A DNA stretch of 64,000 nucleotides, from the NCBI RefSeq assembly GCF_028368995.1, contig NZ_JAQNDL010000001.1, positions 3,328,001 through 3,392,000 of the forward strand. Reading direction: 5' to 3'. Below are positions 41,371 to 51,739 of this stretch, piece by piece (positions within the stretch are counted from its first letter, which is position 1; each line of letters starts with the position of its first letter). The translations under genes and the position numbers were made by a program. The DNA comes from Nannocystis bainbridge. Its GTDB lineage: Bacteria > Myxococcota_A > Polyangia > Nannocystales > Nannocystaceae. The notes under the pieces are model-generated. The model worked only from the letters and a program-made list of their open reading frames with translations. It did not search any database and was not told where the DNA came from.

Positions 41371-42261
41371 TTAATCGATCGTCGCCGACCCCTCCGGCGA
41401 TGCAGCCACCGGGCACGCCGCGCGGACCCGCTCGCGGTAGGCCGAGCGCGGGTAGGCGCGCACGAACGCCTGCTGCGCGCGCTCACCTCGCTCGCGCTCG
41501 CCGGTGCCGCACAGCCCCACCACGCGCAGCGCCTCGCGCTCCTCGACCAGGCTGCCGCGCGCGAACTCCCGCGCGTGCGCCTCGATCGCCGCCAGCGCTT
41601 CGCCAGGCCGATCGGCGTCGAGGGCGTCCTTGATCCGCTGGATCAACATCAATTCCTCGAGCACCGGATCGCCCTGCTCCCCGCGGGCCGGCGGGTGGTC
41701 CGCCGCGACGGGCCGCCTGTCCCGCGCCGACCGCCGCGGCGCCGGATCCGCCAATCCTGCGGCCTGCTGCTCGCGCGAGTCACCCGCGGCCTGCTGCTCG
41801 CGCGAGTCACCCGCGGCCCGCTCGCCCGAGTCACGCGCGGCCTGCTCGCTCGAGTCACTCGCGGCCTGCTGCTCGCTCGAGTCACTCGCGGCCCGCTCGC
41901 CCGAGTCACTCGCGGCCCGCACGTGCTGCTCGTTCGCCATCGGTGCGACGACCCCCTGCGCTGGCTCGGAGCGCTGCGGATCCATCAACATATCGGCGGG
42001 CCCGCGCGCCGCCTGATGCCGCGCGCCGACCAGCCAATAGGAGGACGTGCCGATCAACGCCAACGCCGCCGCGACCGCCAACCATCCAGATCGAATCGTA
42101 CGACCACGCCGTGCCGGCGGGCGCAGCGGGATCACCGTGGCCGAGCGCTCCGCCGCCGCTGCCATCAAGGCTGCGGCCATGCGCTCGCGGGCCGCCTCGG
42201 CCGGGCGCTCGCGGTCGCGATACGCGGCGACGAGCTCGGGCGTGGTCCATTCGTCGCTCAT
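41371..42261 (-). CDS. Putative anti-sigma factor (TM plus C-terminal TPR-like domain)
   Basis: ATGA overlap with the ECF sigma gene; TM WLAVAAALALIG; EEREALRVVGLC and FVRAYPRS; internal 24/27-bp repeats at 41757-41920. Confidence 0.7.
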   Translation of the reverse strand: MSDEWTTPELVAAYRDRERPAEAARERMAAALMAAAAERSATVIPLRPPARRGRTIRSGWLAVAAALALIGTSSYWLVGARHQAARGPADMLMDPQRSEPAQGVVAPMANEQHVRAASDSGERAASDSSEQQAASDSSEQAARDSGERAAGDSREQQAAGDSREQQAAGLADPAPRRSARDRRPVAADHPPARGEQGDPVLEELMLIQRIKDALDADRPGEALAAIEAHAREFARGSLVEEREALRVVGLCGTGERERGERAQQAFVRAYPRSAYRERVRAACPVAASPEGSATID

Positions 42262-42830
42262 GCGGGCCTCCGTTGGTCGCGCGCGTGCAGCCGCAGCCGG
42301 AATCGCTCGAGTTTGGCCCGCGCCGCGCGCAGCCGCGAATACACCGTGCCCAGCGGGACCGCCAGCGCCTCGGCGATCTCTTCGGCGGTCATCTCCTCGA
42401 TCTCCGTCATCTGAAACACCAGGCGCTTCTCGAGATCGAGCTCGTCGAGGAACGCCTGCATCAATTCGGCCGCCTGGTGCACCCGCACCGTCGCGTCGGG
42501 CTCGCGCGGCGTCGCCTGCGGCTCCGGCAACGCCGCCAGCCGGCGCTCGCGGCGGGCGTAGCTGCGCTTGTCGTGCAACACCAGGTTGCGGGTGATGCCG
42601 AACAGCCACGCCCGCACCGACGACCCCGGCCGGAATGTCGCCAGTCGGTGGTGCACGCAGAGGAACACCTCCTGCGTGACGTCCTCCGCGGCGTCGGCGG
42701 GGATCCCCAGGCTCCGCGCGATCCGCCACACGTAGTCCACGTGCGCGCGATAGATCTCCATCAGCGCCGGCGCGCGCGCCTCTGCCGACTCGGGCGCGTC
42801 GGCGGCAGGCGGCTCGGCCAGGGGCATCAT
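42258..42830 (-). CDS. ECF RNA polymerase sigma factor
   Basis: AEDVTQEVF, RAWLFGITRN and EIAEALAVPLGTVYSRLRAAR. Confidence 0.93.
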   Translation of the reverse strand: MMPLAEPPAADAPESAEARAPALMEIYRAHVDYVWRIARSLGIPADAAEDVTQEVFLCVHHRLATFRPGSSVRAWLFGITRNLVLHDKRSYARRERRLAALPEPQATPREPDATVRVHQAAELMQAFLDELDLEKRLVFQMTEIEEMTAEEIAEALAVPLGTVYSRLRAARAKLERFRLRLHARDQRRPA

Positions 42831-42862
42831 GCGCGCCTGCTTTCCCGCCGGCCGGCGCTGCC

Positions 42863-42893
42863 ATTAATATAATTATAAATATAAATGAGAATG
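42863..42893. promoter_or_regulatory. Very AT-rich patch upstream of the ECF sigma gene
   Basis: attaatataattataaatataaatgagaatg in otherwise very GC-rich DNA. Confidence 0.5.
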
Positions 42894-42939
42894 CAGCGCG
42901 ACCTCGCGCAGGCGCGGCGCTCTGTCCTCGCCTTCCTCT

Positions 42940-44346
42940 TCAAAAGAGGCGGGCCTCCAGCTGCAGCCCGGCGCGCATGCCCACGGCGCCGAGGCGGAAG
43001 ATCGGCTCGCGGTTGTAGAGGAGGTTCGGCCGGTGCAGCGGCACCACCAGCTCCGCGTGGACCTGCAGCGCTCCGCGGCCTCGCAGCGCCCGCGGGGCCC
43101 AGGCCAGCGCCCCGCCGACCAGCGCCCCGCCCCACCAGGTTCTCCTCTCGAGATCGACCTCGCTGCCGAACCCCGCCGCCCGCAGCGCCCCGAACTCGAG
43201 GCCGAGCCCCGCCTGCAGCTCGACCGGCCCGACCCGCCGCACTGGCCCCGCCCGCAGCGACGCGACGTGCAGCGACAGGTCGGCGCCGATCTGCCGCTCC
43301 TCGGCCCAGCGCGCCGGGCTGCGAAACCACCGCGCGTAGCCCAGCGCCACCCGCAGCCGCGGCCACGCCACGCCCACCGCCGCCGTCAGCCCCGCCGTCG
43401 CCCGCGGCAGCACACCCACCGCCAGCGCCGGCCCGACGTGCACGAAGGCGCGCACCCGCACCGCCGCCGAACGCGGCCCACCGTCGGCCCCGCGCTCACT
43501 CCCCTGCCCCGCGCGCCCGTGCCCATCGCTCTCCGTCGCGCCGTCAGCCCCCGCCTCGCGCCCGCCCGTCGCTGCACCTGCCGCGCGCTCGCGCCCCCTC
43601 GCCTCGAACCCCGCCGCGCGCTCGCGCCCGCCCGATTCGCCCACGCCCATCCCCGCCGCATCCTCGCGCCCATAGCTCGCCCTCTCGTCCCCCTGCGCCG
43701 CGCGCCCGCGCCCCTCGCTCCCTGCGCCGCCGTCCCCCGCTGCGCGCCCGCGCCCCTCGTCTCCCGCCTCGCCCTCCCCCTCCCCCTCGCGCACCGGCAC
43801 CGGCACCGCTTGCGGCATGCCCTCCGGCCCCGCGGGCGGCCCCACCAACGCGATGCCGACCAGCAGCGCCGTCGCGTTCGCCGTCGCCTCGCAGTCGTGA
43901 AGCGTCAGCCGGCGCTCCGTCGCCCCGTCGCGGCCCGAGAACACCACCACCAGCAGCCAGCCCGCGCCCTGCTTCTCGACCCGCGCGCGCACGGCCGTCA
44001 CCGCGGGCGACACCGGCCGCGCGCCCACCACCTCGCCGATCCGCCGCGCCACCCGCTCCGCCGAGGGGCAGCCCGCCGGCGCCTCCCAGCCGATCGTCGG
44101 CATCGCCACCGCCCGCGCCGGCAGCAGCCCGAGCAGCCCGGCCAGCGCCGCGATCCGGCCGCGACGCGCGCGATCACGACTCCTGGGCTGCTGCGGGCTG
44201 CGCACGCTCGTCCGCGGTGTACCACCTGCGCCGGGCCAGCGCCCGGCGCCGAGTCGCGACGCGCGCCCGAGAATCACCGCATCCGCCGACACCCCGCGCA
44301 TGTCGCCCGGCGACCCGCGAATCATGGCACTCGCGACCGGCGACAA
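42940..44346 (-). CDS. Secreted/outer-membrane protein typical of myxobacterial ECF clusters
   Basis: WEAPAGCPS..., RRLTLHDC...ALLVGIAL, low-complexity linker, beta-barrel-like C-terminus ending in F; true start probably near 44170. Confidence 0.7.
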   Translation of the reverse strand: MSPVASAMIRGSPGDMRGVSADAVILGRASRLGAGRWPGAGGTPRTSVRSPQQPRSRDRARRGRIAALAGLLGLLPARAVAMPTIGWEAPAGCPSAERVARRIGEVVGARPVSPAVTAVRARVEKQGAGWLLVVVFSGRDGATERRLTLHDCEATANATALLVGIALVGPPAGPEGMPQAVPVPVREGEGEGEAGDEGRGRAAGDGGAGSEGRGRAAQGDERASYGREDAAGMGVGESGGRERAAGFEARGRERAAGAATGGREAGADGATESDGHGRAGQGSERGADGGPRSAAVRVRAFVHVGPALAVGVLPRATAGLTAAVGVAWPRLRVALGYARWFRSPARWAEERQIGADLSLHVASLRAGPVRRVGPVELQAGLGLEFGALRAAGFGSEVDLERRTWWGGALVGGALAWAPRALRGRGALQVHAELVVPLHRPNLLYNREPIFRLGAVGMRAGLQLEARLF

Positions 44347-44629
44347 AAGCGAAGACCATCGATTTCCGACTCACGCCAATCGAGCCTATCGCCATACCGA
44401 TCATCTCGCCCGATTCGAGCGCACCGCCGATCCGCGACCCCGATAGCTCCACCATGACGTGAAGCCTCCCCGCGCGCGCATTCGCGCCAATTGCGCCGCC
44501 GTCGTCCGCAAGCTCGCGCCGATCTCGCGGCGCAGCGAGCCCTGCCGCTCGCGACTGCCCGCGCGCTCGCCTCCTCGTCCGCGCATTGACAGGCTCGGCG
44601 CGTGTGCCACGAGTTCCGCGGAGAAGACC

Positions 44630-45511
44630 ATGGCCAACGCATCGAAGCGCGACGAGAAGACCGAACAGCGGCCGGAGCAGACCCAGAAGCCGCCGGGCAA
44701 GGAGTCCGCCATGGACCCGCGGCCCAAGTTCCGCCGGCCCGAGTACCGCGGCAGCGGCAAGCTCGAGGGTCGCGTCGCGCTCGTCACGGGCGGCGACAGC
44801 GGCATCGGCCGCGCCACCGCCGTGCTGTTCGCCCGCGAGGGCGCCGACGTCGCCATCGTCTATTTGAGCGAGGACGCCGACGCCCGCGAGACCGCCGCCC
44901 AGGTCGAAAAAGAGGGCCGCGTCTGCCTGTCGATCCGCGGCGACATCGGCGACTCCAAGTTCTGCGACCACGTCGTCCGCCAGGTCACCGACCGCTTCGG
45001 TCGCCTCGACATCCTCGTCAACAACGCCGCCGAGCAGCACCCCCAGGACAAGCTCGAGGACATCGACGACGCCCAGCTCGAGAAGACCTTCCGCACCAAC
45101 ATCTTCTCGATGTTCTTCCTGACCCGGGCCGCGCTGCCGCACCTGCGCGAGCAAGACGGCGCCTGCGTCCTCAACACCACCTCCGTCACCGCCTACCGCG
45201 GCAGCGGCGGCCTGCTCGACTACAGCGCCACCAAGGGGGCGATCGTCGCCTTCACCCGCTCGCTCGCCGCCAACCTCGCCAAGGAGGGTATCCGCGTCAA
45301 TGCCGTCGCGCCTGGCCCGATCTGGACCCCGCTGATTCCTTCCACCTTCGAGCCCGAGAAGGTCGCCTCGTTCGGCAGCGACAGCCCGCTCGGCCGCGCC
45401 GGCGAGCCCGAGGAGTGCGCCACCTGCTTCGTCTTCCTCGCCAGCGCCGACGCCTCGTACATGACCGGCCAGGTTCTCCACCCGAATGGCGGCGCGATCG
45501 TCAACGGCTGA
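44630..45511 (+). CDS. SDR oxidoreductase (general stress protein 39/YhdF-like)
   Basis: GSGKLEGRVALVTGGDSGIG, NNAA, DYSATKGAI and VAPGPIWTPL. Confidence 0.93.
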   Translation: MANASKRDEKTEQRPEQTQKPPGKESAMDPRPKFRRPEYRGSGKLEGRVALVTGGDSGIGRATAVLFAREGADVAIVYLSEDADARETAAQVEKEGRVCLSIRGDIGDSKFCDHVVRQVTDRFGRLDILVNNAAEQHPQDKLEDIDDAQLEKTFRTNIFSMFFLTRAALPHLREQDGACVLNTTSVTAYRGSGGLLDYSATKGAIVAFTRSLAANLAKEGIRVNAVAPGPIWTPLIPSTFEPEKVASFGSDSPLGRAGEPEECATCFVFLASADASYMTGQVLHPNGGAIVNG

Positions 45512-45983
45512 GCGGCTCGCGGCTGCCCTCGCGCTCGCCTGCGCCTGCGGCCTGCCCCGCGATCCCGAGCGCACCGCCGAGCGCGTCGCCGCCCACGGCC
45601 TCCGCGTCGGCGTCGTGCTCGAAGCGCCGTGGGCCTGTCGGCTCGGCGTCGATTCGCTGGCCGGCGCCGAGGTCGAGCTCGTGCGTCGATTCGCCCGCAT
45701 GCGCGGCCTGGACATCACCTTCACGCGCGGCGGCGAGACCCGCCTGCTCGCCGCCCTGCGCCGCTTCGAGCTCGACCTCGTGATCGGCGGCCTGCTCGCC
45801 GACAGCCCTTACGCCGCCACCGTCGGCTTCACCCGCGGCTATCACGAGGCCGACGACGGTGACCACGTGCTGGCCGTCCCGCCGGGCGAGAACGCCTGGA
45901 CCATGCAGCTCGAGGCCTTCCTCGCCGGCGCCGACGTCGACGCCGCGCTCGCTCGCGGCCGGGCCGACTGCGAGGCCACGTGA
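45486..45983 (+). CDS. Short ABC substrate-binding domain lipoprotein
   Basis: LACAC lipobox; LPRDPERT, LRVGV and ELDLVIGGL; start uncertain. Confidence 0.65.
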   Translation: MAARSSTAERLAAALALACACGLPRDPERTAERVAAHGLRVGVVLEAPWACRLGVDSLAGAEVELVRRFARMRGLDITFTRGGETRLLAALRRFELDLVIGGLLADSPYAATVGFTRGYHEADDGDHVLAVPPGENAWTMQLEAFLAGADVDAALARGRADCEAT

Positions 45984-46963
45984 GCGAGCGCTGGGACCGG
46001 ACCCCGGCGCACGAGCTCTCGCCCGCCCGCGAGCCGGCGATGCGCCGCGCCGTGCGGGTCGAGGTCGTCTCGCTGATTTATTTCGCCACCGCGATCGGCT
46101 TCACCGCCGTCGTCATGGGCGAGTCGCAGGCCATGAAGTCGGTGTGGATCGACGACATCCTCGGCGTGGTCCCGCCGATCGCCGTGTTGATCGCCGCTCG
46201 CCTGCGCCGGCGCGAGGCCACCGACGCCTACCGCTACGGCTATCACCGCGCCGTCACCATCGCCTTTTTGGTCGCCGCCGTGGCCCTCCTCGGCTTCGGC
46301 CTCTACCTGCTCGCCGAGGGCCTCTACACCCTCATCCGCGCCGAGCGGCCGACCATCGGCACCGTCACCGTGTTCGGCCGCGACCTCTGGCTCGGCTGGC
46401 TCATGCTCGCCGCCCTGGCCTGGAGCGCCGTGCCGACGCGGATCCTCGGGCGCATCAAGCTCCGCCTCGCCGAGGAGCTGCACGACAAGGCGCTCTACAC
46501 CGACGCCCTCATGAACAAGGCCGACTGGATGACCGGCGCCGCCGGCATCCTCGGCGTCATCGGCATCGGCCTCGGGCTGTGGTGGGCCGACGCCGCGGCC
46601 GCCTGCGCGATCGCCCTCGACATCACCCGCGACGGTGTCCGCAACCTCGCTGCCGCCTTCGCCGACCTCATGGACCGTCGCCCGCGCGACGTCGCCTGCC
46701 GCTGCGACGACCCCTTGCCCGAACGCATCACCGGCGCGTTGCTCGCCCTCCCGTGGGTCCGCAGCGCCTCCGTCCGCCTGCGCGAGCACGGCCACGTCCT
46801 CGTCGGCGAGGCCTTCGTCGTGCCCGCCGACGAGGCCGACCCGCTGGCGCGCACCCTACAAATCGGCGCCGTCGCCCGCGCCCTCGACTGGCGCCTCACC
46901 GACCTCACCGTCCAGCTCGTCCCCGCCTTGACCCGCGACGACGACGACGACTGCGAAGCCTGA
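45980..46963 (+). CDS. Cation diffusion facilitator family transporter
   Basis: SQAMKSVWIDD, YRYGYHR, ALYTDALMNKADW and RLREHGH. Confidence 0.85.
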   Translation: MSERWDRTPAHELSPAREPAMRRAVRVEVVSLIYFATAIGFTAVVMGESQAMKSVWIDDILGVVPPIAVLIAARLRRREATDAYRYGYHRAVTIAFLVAAVALLGFGLYLLAEGLYTLIRAERPTIGTVTVFGRDLWLGWLMLAALAWSAVPTRILGRIKLRLAEELHDKALYTDALMNKADWMTGAAGILGVIGIGLGLWWADAAAACAIALDITRDGVRNLAAAFADLMDRRPRDVACRCDDPLPERITGALLALPWVRSASVRLREHGHVLVGEAFVVPADEADPLARTLQIGAVARALDWRLTDLTVQLVPALTRDDDDDCEA

Positions 46964-47117
46964 CCGCGCCTCGACATCGGCACGGGCCGCGAGCGCCATC
47001 CGGCGCGGCTTCTCCCGTCCCTGGCCAGCATCCCGCCGTTCCGTGGCGGCCCCCGTCGTGATTCGTCGGCCGCCGTGGCGCATGCAAGATTTCGCCGCAC
47101 CCGCCATCCTGACAAAC

Positions 47118-48740
47118 ATGCGTCGCGGCTCCCCGTTCGTCCTCGCCCTCGCCCTCGCCTGCGGCCCCGATACTGCCAGTGACAGCGAGACCGCCGGCAC
47201 CGGCGAGCCCGGCACCACCAGCGGCGGCGACAGCACCGACGGCCACGGCACCACCGACGACGGCACCACCGACGCCTCGCCGATGACGACGACCGCCGCC
47301 ACCACCACGACCGCCGCCACCACCACCGACCTCACCACCGACGACCCCGCCACCAGCACCACGGCCCCGCCCGTCGTGGAATGCACCGAGATCGCGCTCG
47401 CCGACCCGTTGCTCGAGCAGTACATGCGCCTGCGCCTCGAAGTCCCCGAGGGCCCGATCCCGGTCGACCTCGCCGCAGCGCTCGACAGCATCGGGGTCAG
47501 CAGCAAGGTCGCCTCGCTGGCCGGCATCGAGTGCTTCACCGGCCTCGTCGAGGTCACCTTCTACTCCTCCGACATCGCCGACCTCGGCCCGCTCGCCGGC
47601 CTCACCAACCTCACCCACCTGCAGGTCTCGAGCGCCCAGGTCACCGACCTGGCCCCTCTCGCCGGCCTCTTCCAGCTCGAATCCCTCAACATCTCCGGCA
47701 ACCCGATCGCCTCACTCGCCCCGCTCGCCGGCCTGCCGCTCAAGAGCCTGAGCGGCGCCGGCCTGCCGGGCCCCGACCTCACCGGCCTCGGGAAGATCGT
47801 CACGCTCGAAGAGCTCAACCTCGGCGGCGCCGCATTGACCGACCTCGGCGAGCTCGCCCCGCTCGTCAACCTCCAAACCCTCGCCCTCTACGCCAACGAC
47901 CTCACCGACATCTCGCCGCTCGCCGGCCTCACCACGCTGCAGCAGCTCAACCTGCAGGACAACAAGCTCGCCGACCTCGCCGCCCTCGCCGACATGGCCG
48001 CCCTGCAGCTCCTCGACCTGAGAAAGAACCTCGTCGCCGACCTCGCCCCGCTCGCCGACCTCGGCGCTCTCACCGTGCTCCGGGCCGAGAACAACCTCAT
48101 CGCCGACCTCGCCCCGCTCGCCGGCCTGACCGCGCTCGTCGACCTCGAGCTCTCGAACAACGAGATCGTCGACCTCACCCCGCTCGCCGGCCTTCACGCG
48201 CTCACCGACCTCGATCTCGACTTGAACCACATCGTCGAGGTCACCGCGCTCGCCTTGCCCGCGCTCACCGACCTCGACCTCTCCGACAACCAGATCGTCG
48301 ACCTCGCCCCGCTGCTCGGCGCGCCCGTGCTCGACAGTCTCGATGTCTCGCGCAACCCGTTCTCCCCCAGCCTGAACAGCCTGGCCTCGCACCCGGCGCT
48401 GCAGTCCGTCCTGGCCGACGACGCCGGTCTCTTCGCGGTGCCCGAGTTCGCCACCGCCGGGCTCTTCTACCTCTCCCTCGCGGGCAACGCGATCGTCGAC
48501 CTCGCCCCGCTGGCTGCCTATCAATCGCTCGGCTACATCGACCTCGCCGGCAACAGCATCACCGGCCTGGCGTCGATCCTCGACGACCCATGGCTCAGCA
48601 CATGCGACTCCGTCCGCATCGAGGGCAACCCGCTCGACGCCTTCACCCTCTCGACCACGGTCCCCCAGCTGTGCGAGTTCCCGGTCGACGTCCAGGTCAC
48701 CGGCCTCGACCCGTGCTGGGACTGCTTCGATCACAACTGA
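47118..48740 (+). CDS. Internalin-like leucine-rich repeat lipoprotein
   Basis: Lipobox ALAC; Thr linker; many 22-aa LxxLxxLxLxxNxIxDLxPL repeats. Confidence 0.92.
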   Translation: MRRGSPFVLALALACGPDTASDSETAGTGEPGTTSGGDSTDGHGTTDDGTTDASPMTTTAATTTTAATTTDLTTDDPATSTTAPPVVECTEIALADPLLEQYMRLRLEVPEGPIPVDLAAALDSIGVSSKVASLAGIECFTGLVEVTFYSSDIADLGPLAGLTNLTHLQVSSAQVTDLAPLAGLFQLESLNISGNPIASLAPLAGLPLKSLSGAGLPGPDLTGLGKIVTLEELNLGGAALTDLGELAPLVNLQTLALYANDLTDISPLAGLTTLQQLNLQDNKLADLAALADMAALQLLDLRKNLVADLAPLADLGALTVLRAENNLIADLAPLAGLTALVDLELSNNEIVDLTPLAGLHALTDLDLDLNHIVEVTALALPALTDLDLSDNQIVDLAPLLGAPVLDSLDVSRNPFSPSLNSLASHPALQSVLADDAGLFAVPEFATAGLFYLSLAGNAIVDLAPLAAYQSLGYIDLAGNSITGLASILDDPWLSTCDSVRIEGNPLDAFTLSTTVPQLCEFPVDVQVTGLDPCWDCFDHN

Positions 48741-48764
48741 GCCCGCGCGCCGAAGATGACTTGG

Positions 48765-48991
48765 ACCGCGCGCCTAGACCTTCCGTCGTCGTCGAGGTGC
48801 CGGGCTCCGTCGCACCTTCCGTCGTCGGTGCGTCGCCGGTGACCGGGGTCGTGTCGGATTCGGTTCCCGGCCCCGGCCCCGGGTTCGAATCGGTATAGAC
48901 TCCTGGGTCGCCTGCATGGGACAGCCCGTGGCTCCCACGAACGAGGTGATGAGTACGAGATGGAAATAGAGCTTCGCAGCACGTGTGGATG
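48765..48991 (-). pseudogene. Truncated, frameshifted lipoprotein remnant
   Basis: MSSTRAAKLYFHLVLITSFVGATGC (signal plus lipobox) continues in another frame as a Thr-rich linker TDSNPG...TTTEG, with no domain following. Confidence 0.5.
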
Positions 48992-49354
48992 ACATCGAAC
49001 AGGTAATTTCCCGGCCGTCGCAATTTCGTGGGCGTCCGAAAATTCTTTCGGCGCACTTCGAAGCTCCGCTCGAACGACGCGCCCGGGGCCGCCTCGATGG
49101 ATAGCTCCTCGGCGGCGTTCGCCAGCCGGCGGGCGGGGTCGAATGCCAGACCGTCCCCGCCGCGCATCGCCGCAGCCCGCGCTGTCGACCGCACGGAATC
49201 GGCGGCCGAAGCCGTCCTCGTCCTTCGGCTGCGCCGGCTTCGCCGCGCTGGCGCGCTTTCGTCCGGGCTCGCGCTCCTCGGGCCCAACAATCACCGCACG
49301 CGGTCGTCGGGCGCGCCTGCTGAAGCGGCGAGAAAGAAGAGACAGGAGGTCAGC

Positions 49355-50314
49355 ATGTTCCGCGGCTTCGCACATGTCTGGACGATCGTCGGCCTCGCCC
49401 GGGACCTGAAGCGCCGCGCGCCGCTCCCGCTGCAGGTCGCCGAGGAACGGGTAGTGCTGTTCCGGGACGGAGAGGGGCGGGCCTGCGCGCTCGTCGATCG
49501 CTGCCCGCATCGTGGCGTGCGGCTGTCGCTCGGCAAGGTCGAGGGCGGATGCCTCGAGTGCCCGTTCCACGGCTGGCGCTTCGCTGGCGACGGTAGCAAC
49601 CAGCTCGTCCCGTGGAACCCGGACGCCAGGCGCGAGCGACTCGGCGCGACGCCGTTGCCCGTGCTAGAGCGCGGCGGGCTCCTGTGGTTGTACACGGCCC
49701 CCGGGCTCGCGGCGCCGTCGGAGCCCGACGTCCCCGACGTGCTGCAGCGCGACGGCCTCGCACTCAACAGCGTCACCATGCCGTTCGCCGTCCACTGGAC
49801 GCGCGTCATGGAAAACTCGCTCGACTGGCCGCACCTCCCGTTCGTCCACCGGCGGACGCTCCGCGACGCCCTGCCGCTCCGTCCCGGCTCGCGGCTCGAC
49901 ATCTCCTGGGAGGATCGGCCGTGGGGCGGTCGGACAGCGACCGCGATCGACGGCGTCGCCCAGCCGATCACCCTCGACTATCGCTTCCCCAACACGATGC
50001 ATCTGCACGTCCCCTCCGGCAGACGCATCTTCGAGCTGATCTTGAGCGTGCTCCCCGTCGACGACACGACCACCCACATGATCATGGTGACGATCCGCGA
50101 CTACCTGCGGTCGCGCCTGTTCGATCGCTACTTTGCCCTCGCCAGCCGGAAGATCGGCGGCGAGGATCGAGTCGTCATCGAGACCTCGCTGCCGCGAGAG
50201 GTCCCGCCCGTCGGCGAAGAGCGTTCGGTCCGCACCGACGAGCCGACCCTGCGGTTCCGCAAGCTCTACCGCGACCGCCTGATGGGCTCGTTCGCCGGCG
50301 AGTCGGATCGTTAG
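49355..50314 (+). CDS. Rieske oxygenase alpha subunit (VanA-like)
   Basis: aggagg RBS; DRCPHRG and ECPFHGW; ENSLDWPHLPFVH. Confidence 0.92.
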   Translation: MFRGFAHVWTIVGLARDLKRRAPLPLQVAEERVVLFRDGEGRACALVDRCPHRGVRLSLGKVEGGCLECPFHGWRFAGDGSNQLVPWNPDARRERLGATPLPVLERGGLLWLYTAPGLAAPSEPDVPDVLQRDGLALNSVTMPFAVHWTRVMENSLDWPHLPFVHRRTLRDALPLRPGSRLDISWEDRPWGGRTATAIDGVAQPITLDYRFPNTMHLHVPSGRRIFELILSVLPVDDTTTHMIMVTIRDYLRSRLFDRYFALASRKIGGEDRVVIETSLPREVPPVGEERSVRTDEPTLRFRKLYRDRLMGSFAGESDR

Positions 50315-51735
50315 GCGAACAGCCGCAGCAGCAGCGCGTCGAGCAGCGCTCGCAGCCCGCCCGGCTCGCCGACCGCGAAGCTCTCGCCGTCCAGCGCCCA
50401 GCGCGGCTCGCCGACCCGCACCCATGCTCGCGCGCCCGCGCGTGGATCCTCTTGATGGGCCGCGAACACCACCAGCCCGCGCGGCGGCGTCTCTTGCCAG
50501 TCGCTCACCGTCGCCAGCGTCACCCGTCGGTGCGCCAGCTCGTCGGCCAGCGTCATCGCCATCAGCCGCGCCTCCTCCTCGGCCGCCTCCGCGTCGGCCT
50601 TGCCGCTCGCGCGCCAGCGCAGGTGCAGCTCCGCCCCCGCCGGCCCGAACACCTGCATCATGTCAGCCTGCAGCCGCAGCACCGCCGCGTCGACCAGCAC
50701 CAGCGTCTGCGCGTCGAGCTCCGGGTGCTTGTGACGCTGGTCGAGCGGCCGCTCGACGACCACGGTCACGCGCCGCCGTTGATCGAACAGCGGGCTCTCA
50801 TCCCGGGTGTAGAACAGCAGCTCGCCCTGAGCGAACCGCACGTCGAAGAGATCGATCTCCCCCAATTCCTCGCGCCCCGAATCGACATACGCCACCTCGC
50901 TGCGCACCAGATTTTCAAACCGCCCGCGGGTGCTCAGCGCATCGAAGCCGCCGGCCGGGTAGTGGCTCGCGTCCTCCTCCTCGACCGCCACCTCCTGCGC
51001 CCGCCGGCGCACCGCCATCGCGATCCCCGGGCTCACCCCGCCGATCGCCGCCGTCGCCCGATGCAGCTCGCGCAGCGCCAGCCGGCTCGACTCGTTGGGA
51101 AGGTCGGCCAGATGCGCCAGCTCCCACAGGTCCTCCGGCGAGAACAGCTTGCCCTCGCCGAGCCGGCCCACGATCGCCGCCCGGATCGCCAGCGCCCAGC
51201 CGCGCCAGTTCGCATCGACCGGCGGCTCCTGCCACGCCCCGTGGCGCGCCGGCCACGACTCGACCAGCGCCAGCGCCTCGCGCCACGACGAGCGCAGGAT
51301 CGCCGGGTTGCCCGCGTCGAGCTCGGCGTCTCGCGCGGCTGTCCCGAGGGCCAGGCCGATCGCGTGCGCCAGCGCCCGCGGCTGCAGCTCGCCCGACAGC
51401 GCCGCGATCGCCACGTGCGCGTCGCCCACGCTCGCATCGAGCACCCACCTGCCGAGCACCCGATCCTCGTACGCCAGTCGCTCCGCTCGCTCCTCCTCCG
51501 GCCAGTCGGCCAGGTCGCGGCTCGACGCGAACGCGAACGCCCGGCCCTCCACCAGCAGCGTCCCGAGGTCGTGCACGAGGTCGAGCGGCAGCGCGTCGTG
51601 GCCCTCCTCCCACAGCGCGCGCAGCCAGCCGAGCGCCGGCGGCAGCGACTCTGCCCGCGAGCCGCCGTAGCCGCTCACGTAGGCCCACGCCTTCAGCGCC
51701 GGCAGCAGTTCTTCGCGGCTCAGTCGCCGGCCCAC
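50311..51735 (-). CDS. vWA-like component of FtsH/MoxR ternary system
   Basis: YPAGGFDALSTRGRFENLVRSE and FDVRFAQGELLFYTRD; immediately downstream of MoxR. Confidence 0.65.
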   Translation of the reverse strand: MGRRLSREELLPALKAWAYVSGYGGSRAESLPPALGWLRALWEEGHDALPLDLVHDLGTLLVEGRAFAFASSRDLADWPEEERAERLAYEDRVLGRWVLDASVGDAHVAIAALSGELQPRALAHAIGLALGTAARDAELDAGNPAILRSSWREALALVESWPARHGAWQEPPVDANWRGWALAIRAAIVGRLGEGKLFSPEDLWELAHLADLPNESSRLALRELHRATAAIGGVSPGIAMAVRRRAQEVAVEEEDASHYPAGGFDALSTRGRFENLVRSEVAYVDSGREELGEIDLFDVRFAQGELLFYTRDESPLFDQRRRVTVVVERPLDQRHKHPELDAQTLVLVDAAVLRLQADMMQVFGPAGAELHLRWRASGKADAEAAEEEARLMAMTLADELAHRRVTLATVSDWQETPPRGLVVFAAHQEDPRAGARAWVRVGEPRWALDGESFAVGEPGGLRALLDALLLRLFA

Positions 51736-51739
51736 GCCG

